From: Bdellovibrionales bacterium
GTDB lineage: Bacteria; Bdellovibrionota; Bdellovibrionia; Bdellovibrionales; UBA1609
Reading direction: 5' to 3'
NCBI GenBank assembly: GCA_965261545.1
Contig: CBDHDF010000010.1
Location: 352,001-416,000 of the forward strand
Length of the DNA stretch: 64,000 nt
In this document: in pieces, positions 19,493 to 32,710 of the stretch
How the letters are laid out: each line of letters starts with the position of its first letter
How positions within the stretch are numbered: the stretch's first letter is position 1
The notes under the pieces: generated by a model
Told to the model about the DNA's origin: nothing
What the model saw: only the letters and a program-made list of their open reading frames with translations
Database searches by the model: none
Program-made: the position numbers and the translations under genes

Positions 19493-19960
19493 ATGGAAGC
19501 CTTTGTTAAAGAGTTTACAAATATTTTAGTGGGCTTAGGGGTCAACGAAACCCTTTACCACCAACTGGCTATTTTTTTGGTGGGTTATGGTTTCCTCTAC
19601 CTCCTTGTCTTCAAGCCCTACTTTCATATGCTAAAAGAGAGGGAAAATCGCACAGTGGGTAATGAGGATCTCGCGGGGCAAATTCTCAAAAAAACTAAGG
19701 GGCTAGAAACTGAGTATCAACTCAAGGCCCGCCAGTTGAACGCAAGGTACAAGGAGATTTACGACCAATGTCGAACTGAGGCCATGGTTGAGTATGAAAA
19801 GATTGTAAATGAAGCGAAGCACAGTGCCCAAGACAAGGTCAAAAAGATAAGAGAGAGCATGGCCACCAATGTATCTATGGCCAAAGATCAGATGACAGGT
19901 GAGAAAAACCAAATAGCCCAAGTCATTGCTTCTCAAGTTCTGGGCAAGAGGCTTTCGTGA
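19493..19960 (+). CDS. atpF: ATP synthase F0 subunit b'
   Basis: N-terminal TM helix plus coiled coil; operon position. Confidence 0.85.
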   Translation: MEAFVKEFTNILVGLGVNETLYHQLAIFLVGYGFLYLLVFKPYFHMLKERENRTVGNEDLAGQILKKTKGLETEYQLKARQLNARYKEIYDQCRTEAMVEYEKIVNEAKHSAQDKVKKIRESMATNVSMAKDQMTGEKNQIAQVIASQVLGKRLS

Positions 19961-20556
19961 GCCCTTGGAGTTCTGTTGTTTTTGTGTTTCTTGGAGGAAT
20001 TGTCTTTACGACAAGTGCCCATGGGGCCTCCTCCGAGGGAGTTCCTTGGTTTCTTGTGGGACCTCAGATTTTAAACTTTTCTCTTTTTGTCGCAGTTCTC
20101 TTTTTTCTCTTAAAAAAGAGGGCCAGAGATATTTTTGCCCAGCGTGAAAAGGATTACACGGAGCATCTTCAAAGAGCTGAAAGGGAAAAAGATGAAGCAG
20201 AAAAACAAAAAATGGTTGTCATTCAAAAATTAAAGATTTTGGAGGCAGACGCCAAAGTGGCCGCTCAAAAGGCTCAGAAAGAAGCTGAAGGCTTAAAGCA
20301 TAAGATCATCTCCGAGGCCCAAGCCATCTCAGAGCGATCTTTGCTAGAAACCGAACGAACTGTTCAATACGAAAGAAACCGAATCATTAGTGAATTAAGA
20401 GAAAAGCTTCTTTTAGAAGCCTTTAAAGGTGCTGAGGTCCTTCTTAAAGAGAAACTAGATGACTCCCAGCAGTCAGAGTTAAACAAAGAGTTTGTAGAAA
20501 AAGCTCTGATCCAGGGCTCTCTTCTCCAAAAAACCCAAGTGGCGGCCTCGTCATGA
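19957..20556 (+). CDS. atpF: ATP synthase F0 subunit b
   Basis: QILNFSLFVAVL TM helix plus coiled coil. Confidence 0.88.
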   Translation: MSPWSSVVFVFLGGIVFTTSAHGASSEGVPWFLVGPQILNFSLFVAVLFFLLKKRARDIFAQREKDYTEHLQRAEREKDEAEKQKMVVIQKLKILEADAKVAAQKAQKEAEGLKHKIISEAQAISERSLLETERTVQYERNRIISELREKLLLEAFKGAEVLLKEKLDDSQQSELNKEFVEKALIQGSLLQKTQVAASS

Positions 20557-21089
20557 AAGAAATTTCACTAAGATACGCCAATGCCCTCTATGATCTTTCG
20601 GGCCACCAACAAGAGCTTATTTTATCTGAATTAAGGTCTCTGGAAGAAGTGCTGACAAAAAATAAAGAAGTTCAAAGCTTCTTTGCCTCCCCCTTAGTTC
20701 GAGACTCAAAAAAAGAGGCCTTCCTAAAGTCTTCTTTAAAAGACAAGAGTTTTAGCAAAACTACCTATAGTTTTGTGCTCACCTTGGCCCAAAAGGGTCG
20801 AGTGAACCTTTTGCCTGAAGTCATTGATAGGTTTCAAGCAAGAAGTGATAAAGATCATGGCCTTGTTCGTGGAGAAGTGAGGTCCGTCAAGGATCTTACC
20901 TCTGAAGAGAAGCAAAAAATTGAAAAAGCTCTTTCAAAAACCATAGGGAAAAAGATCATTTTAAATTATGTCAAGGATCCCAACATAATGGGGGGGCTTG
21001 TGGCAAAGGTGGGGAGTTATACATTGGATGATACCATTGCTTCTCATTTAAAAAAACTAAATGATGATTTACAAAGGAGAACACACTAG
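20553..21089 (+). CDS. atpH: ATP synthase delta
   Basis: RYANAL...DPNIMGGLVAKVG. Confidence 0.95.
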   Translation: MKEISLRYANALYDLSGHQQELILSELRSLEEVLTKNKEVQSFFASPLVRDSKKEAFLKSSLKDKSFSKTTYSFVLTLAQKGRVNLLPEVIDRFQARSDKDHGLVRGEVRSVKDLTSEEKQKIEKALSKTIGKKIILNYVKDPNIMGGLVAKVGSYTLDDTIASHLKKLNDDLQRRTH

Positions 21090-22604
21090 ATGGAGACCAC
21101 AATTCGAGCCGATGAAATCAGCCGCATTTTAAGAGAGCAGATTAAAAATTACAATAAATCCGTAGAAATTAGTGAAACGGGAACGGTCCTCTCTGTGGGG
21201 GATGGCGTGGCCCGTATTTATGGAATGGAAAATGTCATGGCTGGTGAGATGGTAGAATTTTCCAATGATATTATGGGCATGGTTCTCAATTTGGAAAAAG
21301 ATTCTGTGGGCGTGGTGATATTTGGTGAAGATAGGCACATCAAAGAAGGGGATACGGTCAAGAGAACTCAAAAGATTGTGCGAGTTCCCGTTGGAGAGAC
21401 CCTATTGGGTCGTGTGGTGGATGTTTTGGGTCGACCCGTGGATGGCCGTGGCCCCATTGAAACGGAGCATAGCCGTGTGGTGGAAGTAAAGGCTCCAGGG
21501 ATTCTCAAGCGTCACCCCGTTCATGAGCCTCTTCAAACAGGGATTAAGTCCTTGGATTCTATGATTCCCATTGGGCGTGGACAAAGGGAGCTTATTATTG
21601 GAGATCGTCAAACAGGTAAGACGGCCATTGCTGTGGATGCCATCATTAATCAAAAAGGGCTCCACGTTCAGTGCTTTTATGTGGCCATTGGACAAAAAAA
21701 ATCAACAGTGGCTCAAGTTGTGGAAAAGCTACGAAAAGCTGGAGCCATGGATTACACCACAGTGGTGATAGCGACGGCATCAGACCCTGCTCCTTTGCAG
21801 TTTTTGGCTCCCTTTTCAGGTTGTGCCATGGCAGAATACTTTAGAGATACAGGTCGCCATGGACTCATCATTTACGATGACCTCACCAAACAAGCTCAAG
21901 CCTATCGCCAACTCTCCCTTCTTTTGAGAAGACCTCCAGGGCGGGAAGCCTTTCCCGGGGATGTGTTTTACATTCATTCCAGGCTCCTTGAGCGTGCGGC
22001 AAAGCTTAGTGAAAAAGAGGGAAGTGGTTCACTGACAGCCCTTCCCATTATTGAAACCCAGGCAGGTGATATTTCTGCTTATATTCCCACCAATGTGATC
22101 TCCATTACAGATGGACAAATCTTTTTAGAAACTGATTTATTTTACAAAGGAATCCGCCCGGCTGTGAGTGTGGGTAAGTCTGTTTCTCGTGTGGGAGGTG
22201 CCGCTCAAATCAAGGCCATGAAGCAGGTGGCGGGAACTCTTAAACTGGAGCTAGCTCAGTTTAGAGAGCTTGAAGCCTTCTCAGCCTTTGCTTCAGATTT
22301 AGACGCCGCCACCCAGGCCCAACTTTCTAGGGGGCGTCGATTGGTGGAAATTCTTAAGCAAGACCAGTATTCTCCCTTCAATGTGGTGGAGCAGGTGGTT
22401 GTCATTTACGCCGCCACCCATGGGTATGTAGACGCTTTGCCTGAATCTGACGTAAAACGGTATGAGGCCGAACTCATTGAGTTTCTATCCCAAAAATACA
22501 ATTCTCTCATGGATCAAATTCGCAATAAAAAGGCCCTGAGTGATGAGATTAAATCAGAGCTTACAAGGGCTCTCGATGAGTTTAAGGCTGTTTTTGAAGC
22601 TTAG
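21090..22604 (+). CDS. atpA: ATP synthase alpha
   Basis: [21 protein letters not shown]. Confidence 0.99.
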   Translation: METTIRADEISRILREQIKNYNKSVEISETGTVLSVGDGVARIYGMENVMAGEMVEFSNDIMGMVLNLEKDSVGVVIFGEDRHIKEGDTVKRTQKIVRVPVGETLLGRVVDVLGRPVDGRGPIETEHSRVVEVKAPGILKRHPVHEPLQTGIKSLDSMIPIGRGQRELIIGDRQTGKTAIAVDAIINQKGLHVQCFYVAIGQKKSTVAQVVEKLRKAGAMDYTTVVIATASDPAPLQFLAPFSGCAMAEYFRDTGRHGLIIYDDLTKQAQAYRQLSLLLRRPPGREAFPGDVFYIHSRLLERAAKLSEKEGSGSLTALPIIETQAGDISAYIPTNVISITDGQIFLETDLFYKGIRPAVSVGKSVSRVGGAAQIKAMKQVAGTLKLELAQFRELEAFSAFASDLDAATQAQLSRGRRLVEILKQDQYSPFNVVEQVVVIYAATHGYVDALPESDVKRYEAELIEFLSQKYNSLMDQIRNKKALSDEIKSELTRALDEFKAVFEA

Positions 22605-22668
22605 GCTTGCTAGGCTTAAATAGATAGATGCATGATATTATATTACACAACAGTGGAGTTATTTTTTT

Positions 22669-24965
<2,297 letters not shown>

Positions 24966-25021
24966 TCATAATCATAGTCATAGAAACTTAGATATAGAAT
25001 TCTAAATTTTGAGGGTGTTCC

Positions 25022-25426
25022 ATGCTTAAGCTAACATTAGTGACCCCAGAAAAAGAGATTTTTACAGATATGAACGTAGATGAAGTGATTGTCCCTGGAA
25101 ACCGTGGTGAGTTGAATATACTCCTTGGCCACGCCCCATTGGTGACGACACTGAGTACGGGGACTTTAAAATATAAAAAAGGAGGAGATCCAAAATTTAT
25201 GGCTGCCGTGGTGAGTTGGGGATACTGCGAAGTGTGCATGGATAAAGTTCTTGTTCTTGCAGAAACCGTAGAGCTCCAAGGGAAAATTGACCTGCCTCGG
25301 GCTCAACAAGCCTTAAAAGAGGCTCAAGTCCAATTGGAATCAGGAGACCTTTCTCCCGATGAAATTATCAAGTTCCAAAGAAAAGTAAAAAGATCTCTTG
25401 AAAGAATAAATTCCTTGAAAGAATGA
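25022..25426 (+). CDS. atpC: ATP synthase epsilon
   Basis: LTLVTPEK, GELNILLGHAP. Confidence 0.96.
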   Translation: MLKLTLVTPEKEIFTDMNVDEVIVPGNRGELNILLGHAPLVTTLSTGTLKYKKGGDPKFMAAVVSWGYCEVCMDKVLVLAETVELQGKIDLPRAQQALKEAQVQLESGDLSPDEIIKFQRKVKRSLERINSLKE

Positions 25427-25481
25427 ATCTATTTATCGTAACAACTCACTCACTGCTGCTAACCCTTGCGACAGAAGCCTT

Positions 25482-27305
25482 TCATTGCGAACCCATGGGA
25501 TTTTCACTCCTTTTTGCTTGAATCCGAGAGGATGGTCTTTTAGAGTTGCGGTTCATAAGATACTTAACCACCCACTCGCCAGCTCGTGGATGCTGGGTAT
25601 TGATATTTAAGACGGCTTTCAATCGTTGGGGTTGACTGATAAGACCAGGATAAGTTGTATTGACAACAATCAACCGAGACTTTGTTGCATTGGTCAAGTG
25701 ATTGAGTATCCTTGCTGTCCCAACTCCTGAAACATAAAAAAGACCTATATTCTGAGGTTTTTTTTCCATAACTTTATCTATGGACAAAAACTTCTTCTTT
25801 CTAAGAAGGTAAAGAGTAGGTTTTGCTAGGGTTCTTTTTTTTATGTTTTTGTAAAAAGATGAATGTGCTGTAAAAACTTTTATTTTCTGTGACTTATCCA
25901 TGGATCCTTTAAGGTGCGGATATTTTTTAAAAGAAGTTCTCATATTTTCTATCAAAACAGATGATATAAGCTGATCCATATTTCTTTGATAATCTCTTAT
26001 AATGTGAGAAAGTCTCTTTTGAGGTTGCCTCTGAGGTGTTGAATTAAAAAGACCAATTCTATTTTTTTCTTTCAATATACGTTCAAGGCTTTCGTTGAAT
26101 CTCTGAGTTGTAATACGACCATTTTTTATAGCGCGATAAACAGCCTTGTAGGCTTTTTCTTGCCTCCCATAGGTTCCGCTCATGATGAGAATGTCACAAC
26201 CAGCCTGAATGGCCTCAATGGCTCTTTCTCCTATGTCTGGGATAAAGTCAGCTCCTGCCATTTCAAGGTCATCGGTAATAACAAGGCCATTGTAGCCATA
26301 TCTTTTTCTTAATAAGTTCTTTATAAGTATTCGAGAAAATGTAGCTGGCCGTCCAGAACCATCAATATTTGGGAAAGCAATATGAGCCACCATAATGGCA
26401 AAGGGGATACCAGAGGCAATAAACTGCCTAAAAGGTCGAGAACCATGGACATCAAGTTCTTGAGCCGTAGATAGTTTTGTAGGCAATCGAAAATGGCTAT
26501 CTTGAACAAGTCCGCCATGCCCTGGGAAATGCTTCAGTGTGGGAATAATATTTTGGTAGCTCAATGCTTCTACAAAGGGTTGAGCCATGCCCTGAATCAT
26601 TTCATAATTTTCACCATAGGATCGGTTGCCAATAAAGCTTCTTTTGTAAGGGTTTGAAGCATCGATAACAGGAGCTAGATTCATATGAAATCCTAAATTA
26701 TTTAGCAAATGGCCTGTCAAGTTACCAAGGCGCCGGCTATAAGATTGTTTTTGAGTCATACCTATGGACAAAGCACTGGGGGGTGGAGGACCTGTTACAA
26801 TGCGCGTAACAAAACCCCCTTCTTGATCCACCATGATAAATGGGGTGACTCCTGTTTGTTGAGTGATGAGTTGTGTGATCTGTTTATTGAGTTGGGCAAT
26901 CCTATAGGGAGAAGCAATATTTCTTTTAAACGTAATAATGGATCCTGGTCTAAGATTGTAGATAACTCTTCTTGAGTTTTTATTAATTTTGTTTCCCAAA
27001 TAACTAAAAGCAAAGAGCTGGCCAACCTTATCTTTAAAAGATATTTCATTTATGATGCTTTGGACATCAAAATCTTTGGATTGTGTTATTTTGGTGGTTA
27101 AATTTGATTTAATTATTGGATATTCTTTTGTTGTTGAATGTGTTTTATATGAAATTTCTTGTTTTTGTTTATATTGGAATTCTTGTCTCCTGGATGCATG
27201 GCTTACTGTAAAATGGACTGGTATTAAAATAAAGGCTAGTGATAAAGCAAAGAAAAATAGAGTGAAAGAGGAATATTTTTTATATTTATATAAAGTGTAT
27301 ATCAA
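25482..27305 (-). CDS. nagZ: GH3 beta-N-acetylhexosaminidase with N-terminal anchor
   Basis: DQEGG, KHFPGHG..DSH, ITDDLEM motifs. Confidence 0.88.
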   Translation of the reverse strand: MIYTLYKYKKYSSFTLFFFALSLAFILIPVHFTVSHASRRQEFQYKQKQEISYKTHSTTKEYPIIKSNLTTKITQSKDFDVQSIINEISFKDKVGQLFAFSYLGNKINKNSRRVIYNLRPGSIITFKRNIASPYRIAQLNKQITQLITQQTGVTPFIMVDQEGGFVTRIVTGPPPPSALSIGMTQKQSYSRRLGNLTGHLLNNLGFHMNLAPVIDASNPYKRSFIGNRSYGENYEMIQGMAQPFVEALSYQNIIPTLKHFPGHGGLVQDSHFRLPTKLSTAQELDVHGSRPFRQFIASGIPFAIMVAHIAFPNIDGSGRPATFSRILIKNLLRKRYGYNGLVITDDLEMAGADFIPDIGERAIEAIQAGCDILIMSGTYGRQEKAYKAVYRAIKNGRITTQRFNESLERILKEKNRIGLFNSTPQRQPQKRLSHIIRDYQRNMDQLISSVLIENMRTSFKKYPHLKGSMDKSQKIKVFTAHSSFYKNIKKRTLAKPTLYLLRKKKFLSIDKVMEKKPQNIGLFYVSGVGTARILNHLTNATKSRLIVVNTTYPGLISQPQRLKAVLNINTQHPRAGEWVVKYLMNRNSKRPSSRIQAKRSENPMGSQ

Positions 27306-27508
27306 AGTAAGTCCTTTATATTTTATATTCCATTTTCTATACTCCGTAGTATCAATTTTATATATGATTTATTTATCGGTCTTCTTGTTTTATTATCTGA
27401 ATGGACCTTTTATTATCTATTGGCTTGTGGCCCCTCTAGTTCACTGGTTCGTTGTCCGGGCAGATCCACTCTGGCCACCTAGTCTAAGGTCGTGCTTGTG
27501 AGGTCGAC

Positions 27509-28276
27509 TTATTTCTTTTGGCCAAGATACCTTACCATAACGATAGAAAATTCATACAAGAAAATAAGGGGAATCATCATGGCAAGCATACTAATCACAT
27601 CGGGCGGAGTTATGATGGCTGCAAGAGCAGCCAAAAAAACAATAGCAATTCGCCGTTGAGCTATGAGGAGATGATGGTCAATAATTCCCATCATGCTCAA
27701 GATAGTGAGTATTAAGGGCAATTCAAAGGCTCCTCCAAAGACCAGAGTGACGGTTATAAAAAATGAAAGGTATTCTTTAATTGTAATCATAGCTACATCT
27801 GTGGTGCCTCCAAACATCAATAAGAACTCAAATGTTATGGGAAAAACAAATAAGTACACAAAGCTAACTCCACTAAGAAAAAGAATGGAACCCAAGGCAA
27901 TAAAACTGATGCCATATTTTTTTTCATTGGCATAAAGACCTGGAGAAATAAATCTCCAAATCTGATATACCCAATAAGGGCAGGTAATAATAGTACCAGA
28001 AAATAAAGACACCTTAACATGAGCCATAAATTTATCCATAGGATGTGTAAAAACCAATCCTCCTTCATTTAAAAAGGGGATAATGGGGTGCCGTATGAAG
28101 TCAAATATCTCAGAACTAAACGTCCAGCAAATGGTAAATCCAACGAGAATACCAGCGAGGGAGTGTATAAGGCAAGACCTTAGCTCAGTAAGATGTTCTT
28201 TGAGGGACTGGTGTTTGTCTTCAGCTTGATTCATGGGGTGAATCTTTATGGGAGTCTTTGTTAGGTTTTTCCGCAT
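27509..28276 (-). CDS. tatC: Tat translocase TatC
   Basis: EHLTELR, FISPGLY, ITPPD motifs. Confidence 0.96.
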   Translation of the reverse strand: MRKNLTKTPIKIHPMNQAEDKHQSLKEHLTELRSCLIHSLAGILVGFTICWTFSSEIFDFIRHPIIPFLNEGGLVFTHPMDKFMAHVKVSLFSGTIITCPYWVYQIWRFISPGLYANEKKYGISFIALGSILFLSGVSFVYLFVFPITFEFLLMFGGTTDVAMITIKEYLSFFITVTLVFGGAFELPLILTILSMMGIIDHHLLIAQRRIAIVFLAALAAIITPPDVISMLAMMIPLIFLYEFSIVMVRYLGQKK

Positions 28277-28508
28277 TTTTTATTTGTTTGAGAGACTTTT
28301 GTATTTCACTCTGGACCTTGCTTTGATCCTCACTCTTAACACCAGACTGAATGTCAGATAAAGAGCTTGTGATTTCTTCTGAAATTCTTTTAAATTCATT
28401 AAGAAGTCGAGCCACACCATGGGCGACTTTGGGAATTTGTTGAGGACCAATAACAATGAGGGCCAAGGAGGCGAGAACTAAAATTTCCACCATTCCTAAA
28501 TTAAACAT
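28221..28508 (-). CDS. tatB: TatB/TatA-family subunit
   Basis: MFNLGMVEIL...IGPQQIP. Confidence 0.85.
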   Translation of the reverse strand: MFNLGMVEILVLASLALIVIGPQQIPKVAHGVARLLNEFKRISEEITSSLSDIQSGVKSEDQSKVQSEIQKSLKQIKNAEKPNKDSHKDSPHESS

Positions 28509-28570
28509 TCAACTGAGTGCCTCCCTAATATTATGACTTTGATTAACATACACCTCTCACTAAAATAAAA

Positions 28571-28610
28571 CTAATGATTTCAAGAGATTCTTCTTAAGGA
28601 AACGGCATTG
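28571..28610 (-). mobile_element. Solo 40-bp end of the IS4-family element
   Basis: 38/40 match to 6270-6309, including the full 18-bp IR. Confidence 0.85.
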
Positions 28611-28614
28611 GCTC

Positions 28615-30975
28615 TTAGATATTCGATTTAAGAAAAGTCAAAACCTTAATTATATGAAGTCTTTCGGCATTTAAAACACGCTTTTCAGGCAATCTTTTCC
28701 AATGATAAAAGCGAAAACCCAAAAGCTTGTCATCACGACCTCCCCCCGGTACAGTCCCATATTTGAGCAAAAAGCTCAGTAAGGTAGAGAACTCAGCCTC
28801 TTCCAGCTGGGAAAAGCCAGTCCAACGAGAGCTAAAAATTGGAAAGAAAAGAGGGACAGACCTCTCGGCTTCCCCTAAGCTTAGGAGTTGATTGAGGTTT
28901 GTGTCATACCTTAGCACTAAAGTCTCTACATAACTGATTAAAGACAACATTCTTACTATATAACTCTTGGTAATCAAACCGGATTTCTGGGAGCCCCCCC
29001 CTAGAGCTGCATCTAAGGCTATTGACATCTCAGCCCATGAGGAATCTGACAAAGCCCTCACATAGTCACTCAGGTCACTCATGGCCCCAAAGTGATGAAT
29101 AATTTGAAATCGAAGGGCCTCCCAATAACAAGAGGCCTTGAGTTCTTCAGAAGTATGAGGGGCCACTAAGCAGTGACTCATATTTGAAACAAGAAAATTA
29201 GCTCGCCTAAAGCTAGTCAATACATAATCTAAATAGGCCACACCCTCCCCTAGGCTCAACTTTTGGTCTCCATCAGACCATGGGGTAAAAAGGCTCGCTT
29301 CCACAAATAGGCTCCGGTAAAAAGAATCATTTTCCTCAGACATCAATCCAAAAGCCACCAAAAAAGGCTTCAACTCAACATAGGCTACCCCTAGTTGCTT
29401 TTCCGTTAAACCAGCACCCTCACCCTCATCACCCTCAGAAGGTTTATCGGAATAAGACCTTACCAACTGCCTTATAAGTGCCCTCTTCCAGTTAAGAGAA
29501 GATAAGTCCTCAGTTGTCCAACTTAAATTTAATAGCCTCCTAGACAAATTCAAATGGCCTTCACGATCCTTGTGCAAAGGCCAAGGAGCACAAAGAACCA
29601 GTCTTCTCATTTCATTAACTCCACCCACTCCTTCAATTTGACCACACTGAAGCTTTTCAGACTTCTCTCCACTTTCTCCATGGATAAGTCGCCCCTCGTT
29701 AATAAATGTCTGTGTCACAGCCCAATCTTGAAACTCAGCTCTTAAAATCTCTAAGTGAGCAAAACCAAAACTTTGGAATGGTTGACTGACAGCAGTTTCT
29801 ATGGATCGAATGCTCCCAAGAGGTTCCATAAGAAATCGATGAACCAGCAAGTTCCAACCTGATTTTATAAGGCTTCCAGACCACCGACCCTGAGGAAGAA
29901 GCCCCACAGATTCCAAGGTATCTATCAAATAATAAAAATCACGACTGGTAAGGCTATACCCCTTTTCTGGTCCTTTTCCAGGTTCCTTTTTTAGAAGCTT
30001 CTCTACTTTGGCGCCATAGATCCGTTGGTTAGATAAAATCTCAGCAAGAAGTCTCTCTACTTTATTAACCATAGAGTAAACTTGATGAAAGCCTTGTCCA
30101 TGTGTCAATGGCTGGCCATGAAGAAAATACCTATAGCGGGTGTAGGTCTCAAAGGTGCGAATGCCTACTTTAAAAAATAAATCCCACTCCCCCGGCTGAA
30201 CAGTTAAGCTTGAACCAATAAGCAACTCCTTGCTTGCGAGAAAGACATCTAGCCACTGACGAAGGTCGAGATTAAAAAAGGATATTTGAAGATCAAGGGA
30301 CTCCACAAATCGAATCAATACCTCTGTGTTCAATTGAGCCTTATTGACCTCCATCCACAAGCCAAACCTGCTAAGAGTCATCTCAAGGTCTTGGAAAGCC
30401 TGATCCACTTGAAACACTGCCGGCGACTTAGAAGCCCCCCCTTTTTTCCCAAACAAAGTGGGCCAATGGGCATAAAGGCGATGAGTAAGAGTATCCAACT
30501 CTTGAAACAATTCTCTTGCCTTCATAAGATCCTGAGGTGTTACAAACTGCACACTTGCAGGGTTATTTTTAGATAACAAAGCTGATTTAAGACTCATAAG
30601 AGATTGAAATAGATCATCACTCATATGAAAATTAAAATATTCGGCCAAAAAGCCCCTGACCTCTTCGTCTCGATATTTCTCCTCGACCTTACCATCCACA
30701 TATTTTTCAAACAAAGTGAGAGCTGAATCCATACAACTCCAAAACTCCTTCAACTCCTCTTCACTGATTCTATGGTTAAGATATCGATCCAAAGTTTCGG
30801 AAAAATTAGAAATGCACTCAAGCTTAAGACCTTTCATATTTATTTCATTGGCATTTTTGAGCTCTTGCTCCTCATTTCTTTCTGCACAATGAGTGATAAA
30901 AGTGAGCATAAAAAGACCAATAGAAATAAACCCTAAAGACTTGGGCACCAACCTATATAAATTTCTAAAAATCAT
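28615..30975 (-). CDS. Large hypothetical lipoprotein (786 aa)
   Basis: Long ORF, ITHC lipobox-like motif, EF-hand-like DGDQKLS and DTNLNQLLS. Confidence 0.65.
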   Translation of the reverse strand: MIFRNLYRLVPKSLGFISIGLFMLTFITHCAERNEEQELKNANEINMKGLKLECISNFSETLDRYLNHRISEEELKEFWSCMDSALTLFEKYVDGKVEEKYRDEEVRGFLAEYFNFHMSDDLFQSLMSLKSALLSKNNPASVQFVTPQDLMKARELFQELDTLTHRLYAHWPTLFGKKGGASKSPAVFQVDQAFQDLEMTLSRFGLWMEVNKAQLNTEVLIRFVESLDLQISFFNLDLRQWLDVFLASKELLIGSSLTVQPGEWDLFFKVGIRTFETYTRYRYFLHGQPLTHGQGFHQVYSMVNKVERLLAEILSNQRIYGAKVEKLLKKEPGKGPEKGYSLTSRDFYYLIDTLESVGLLPQGRWSGSLIKSGWNLLVHRFLMEPLGSIRSIETAVSQPFQSFGFAHLEILRAEFQDWAVTQTFINEGRLIHGESGEKSEKLQCGQIEGVGGVNEMRRLVLCAPWPLHKDREGHLNLSRRLLNLSWTTEDLSSLNWKRALIRQLVRSYSDKPSEGDEGEGAGLTEKQLGVAYVELKPFLVAFGLMSEENDSFYRSLFVEASLFTPWSDGDQKLSLGEGVAYLDYVLTSFRRANFLVSNMSHCLVAPHTSEELKASCYWEALRFQIIHHFGAMSDLSDYVRALSDSSWAEMSIALDAALGGGSQKSGLITKSYIVRMLSLISYVETLVLRYDTNLNQLLSLGEAERSVPLFFPIFSSRWTGFSQLEEAEFSTLLSFLLKYGTVPGGGRDDKLLGFRFYHWKRLPEKRVLNAERLHIIKVLTFLKSNI

Positions 30976-32710
30976 AACGAACTCCTAAACTCACCACATC
31001 ATGATAGCGATAGCGACGGGTCAAACCCGTCTCAAACTTTGGCTCTATATCACCAAAAACCTCAAAAATATGCCATTTTAAGTAGGTCACAAGTTGAGGG
31101 GTCCAGTGCAGACCTAAAAATGATTTCATAAAAAGCCCATTTTGTTCCCAGTCGTAGAATGCAGAAAATTTACTACTAAACTTAGACCCTAAAAAGGGTT
31201 CCAAAAATCGATTCATCCCTAAAAATGTTGTATGAGTGAGTTCATACCGAGACCCAAAGTAAGATTTTTCTCCCGAAAAATCACCAATATCTTTAGCTAA
31301 ACCCCCATTGACATAGGAGTGCCCCATAAAAAACTCCGGCGCTTTTGTGGACTCACTCCACCCCTTCGATAGGCCCATGGTATATACATAGGCATCTGTC
31401 ATATTTTGAATGAGATAATTACCCCCTTCATACTTATCCCGAGAGACAAGAGGCTGATCGTGGGTGACATCCAACTCGAACTTCCAAAGACCTCGCTTCC
31501 AAGTAAGTTCATGGGTCCAAAGCCTGTGGTACTCAACAGATAAATGCATCGCCAATTCAATATGAGACTCTCCACGATCAATGGCTCCAATATTCAAAGA
31601 CACCGGAGTGTAAAGATGAAATTGATTCATAGGCTTATAAGCCAAAGAAAAGCCCCACCGAAGATCCTCACTTTCCCATTCTAACTTGGTCGCCGCTCCC
31701 GGAGATCTTAACAAAATATCTTTTGTGGAAGCCACAACAAGGCGACTCCTAATATCTACACTTTTACCATTGATAGAGGTACTCTCTAAAGACGACAAAA
31801 ACCAGGGGTTGGCTGATCTAAACACTCCATTTTCTTCCTGAATGTAGGGCAGAGTGTCAGGCATAAAAAAAGGGGTCACCGCAGCCACCCAACGAAACCC
31901 CCCCTTGTTTTGAGGTGATTTTAAAAACAACCCCATCAAGCCTTGGGATTCAGGTTCGCTGCGACTCCAATAAAAGCGAGGCTCCCACAGCCCTCTCCCA
32001 AGAAGTTGGTCTCCCCAACTCCATGGGTGCTTTTTTCGACCAAAAGTTAAGGACCACCCATCATCCATCAGCTTTATCTTTGCGTAAGCCTCAAGAAGAT
32101 TTATGTAAGCTTTATGTTCTTGAAAACTATGAAAAGCATTGAAATGTAACTTATAGCTATAATCGCCTCTTTCCTTAAAGGAATCGAGTTCCAAACCCAT
32201 TTTCACAAATTCACTGGAAACTCCCTTGGATCTCAAAAAATCTTTCGACAAATTTGTATAGTTTTCCATCCCTACATGGAACCTACTATGAATATAAGAC
32301 GAGTGATCCTTGTGCAACAAAGCTTTGGATGAATGAGGGCGACCGCTCGCCTCAATGGAAGGTGCCTCCTCCCGCCAAATGATAGCCCCAGGCTCACCTT
32401 TCCTCAAAGTGGTGGAAGGCTCACCTTCCCACAAAGCAGTGCCCCCTCCTTCTGAATTCATACTTTCCGAAGAACCACCCGAAGAGCCATTTAAAGCCAG
32501 TTGTCCCAAGGATGCTTCCAGCAAATCCAAAGAAGTTTGAGTCAATTCATGGACCCATGGAAGTGAAATATTGTGCGATGAAGCTGTTCCTTGGGGGTGA
32601 TAAATATAAATGGGCCGCTGGTTCTTTGTAAGGCCAAAACCTGTGGCACCATAAAATAAAAATACCAAGAAAGTGGAAAATAAAATGAATAAACAATGTA
32701 AATAAAGCAT
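30965..32710 (-). CDS. Putative outer-membrane beta-barrel protein
   Basis: Signal peptide from SD-preceded ATG 32710; alternating aromatic strands; C-terminal VRYDF. Confidence 0.65.
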   Translation of the reverse strand: MLYLHCLFILFSTFLVFLFYGATGFGLTKNQRPIYIYHPQGTASSHNISLPWVHELTQTSLDLLEASLGQLALNGSSGGSSESMNSEGGGTALWEGEPSTTLRKGEPGAIIWREEAPSIEASGRPHSSKALLHKDHSSYIHSRFHVGMENYTNLSKDFLRSKGVSSEFVKMGLELDSFKERGDYSYKLHFNAFHSFQEHKAYINLLEAYAKIKLMDDGWSLTFGRKKHPWSWGDQLLGRGLWEPRFYWSRSEPESQGLMGLFLKSPQNKGGFRWVAAVTPFFMPDTLPYIQEENGVFRSANPWFLSSLESTSINGKSVDIRSRLVVASTKDILLRSPGAATKLEWESEDLRWGFSLAYKPMNQFHLYTPVSLNIGAIDRGESHIELAMHLSVEYHRLWTHELTWKRGLWKFELDVTHDQPLVSRDKYEGGNYLIQNMTDAYVYTMGLSKGWSESTKAPEFFMGHSYVNGGLAKDIGDFSGEKSYFGSRYELTHTTFLGMNRFLEPFLGSKFSSKFSAFYDWEQNGLFMKSFLGLHWTPQLVTYLKWHIFEVFGDIEPKFETGLTRRYRYHDVVSLGVRYDF

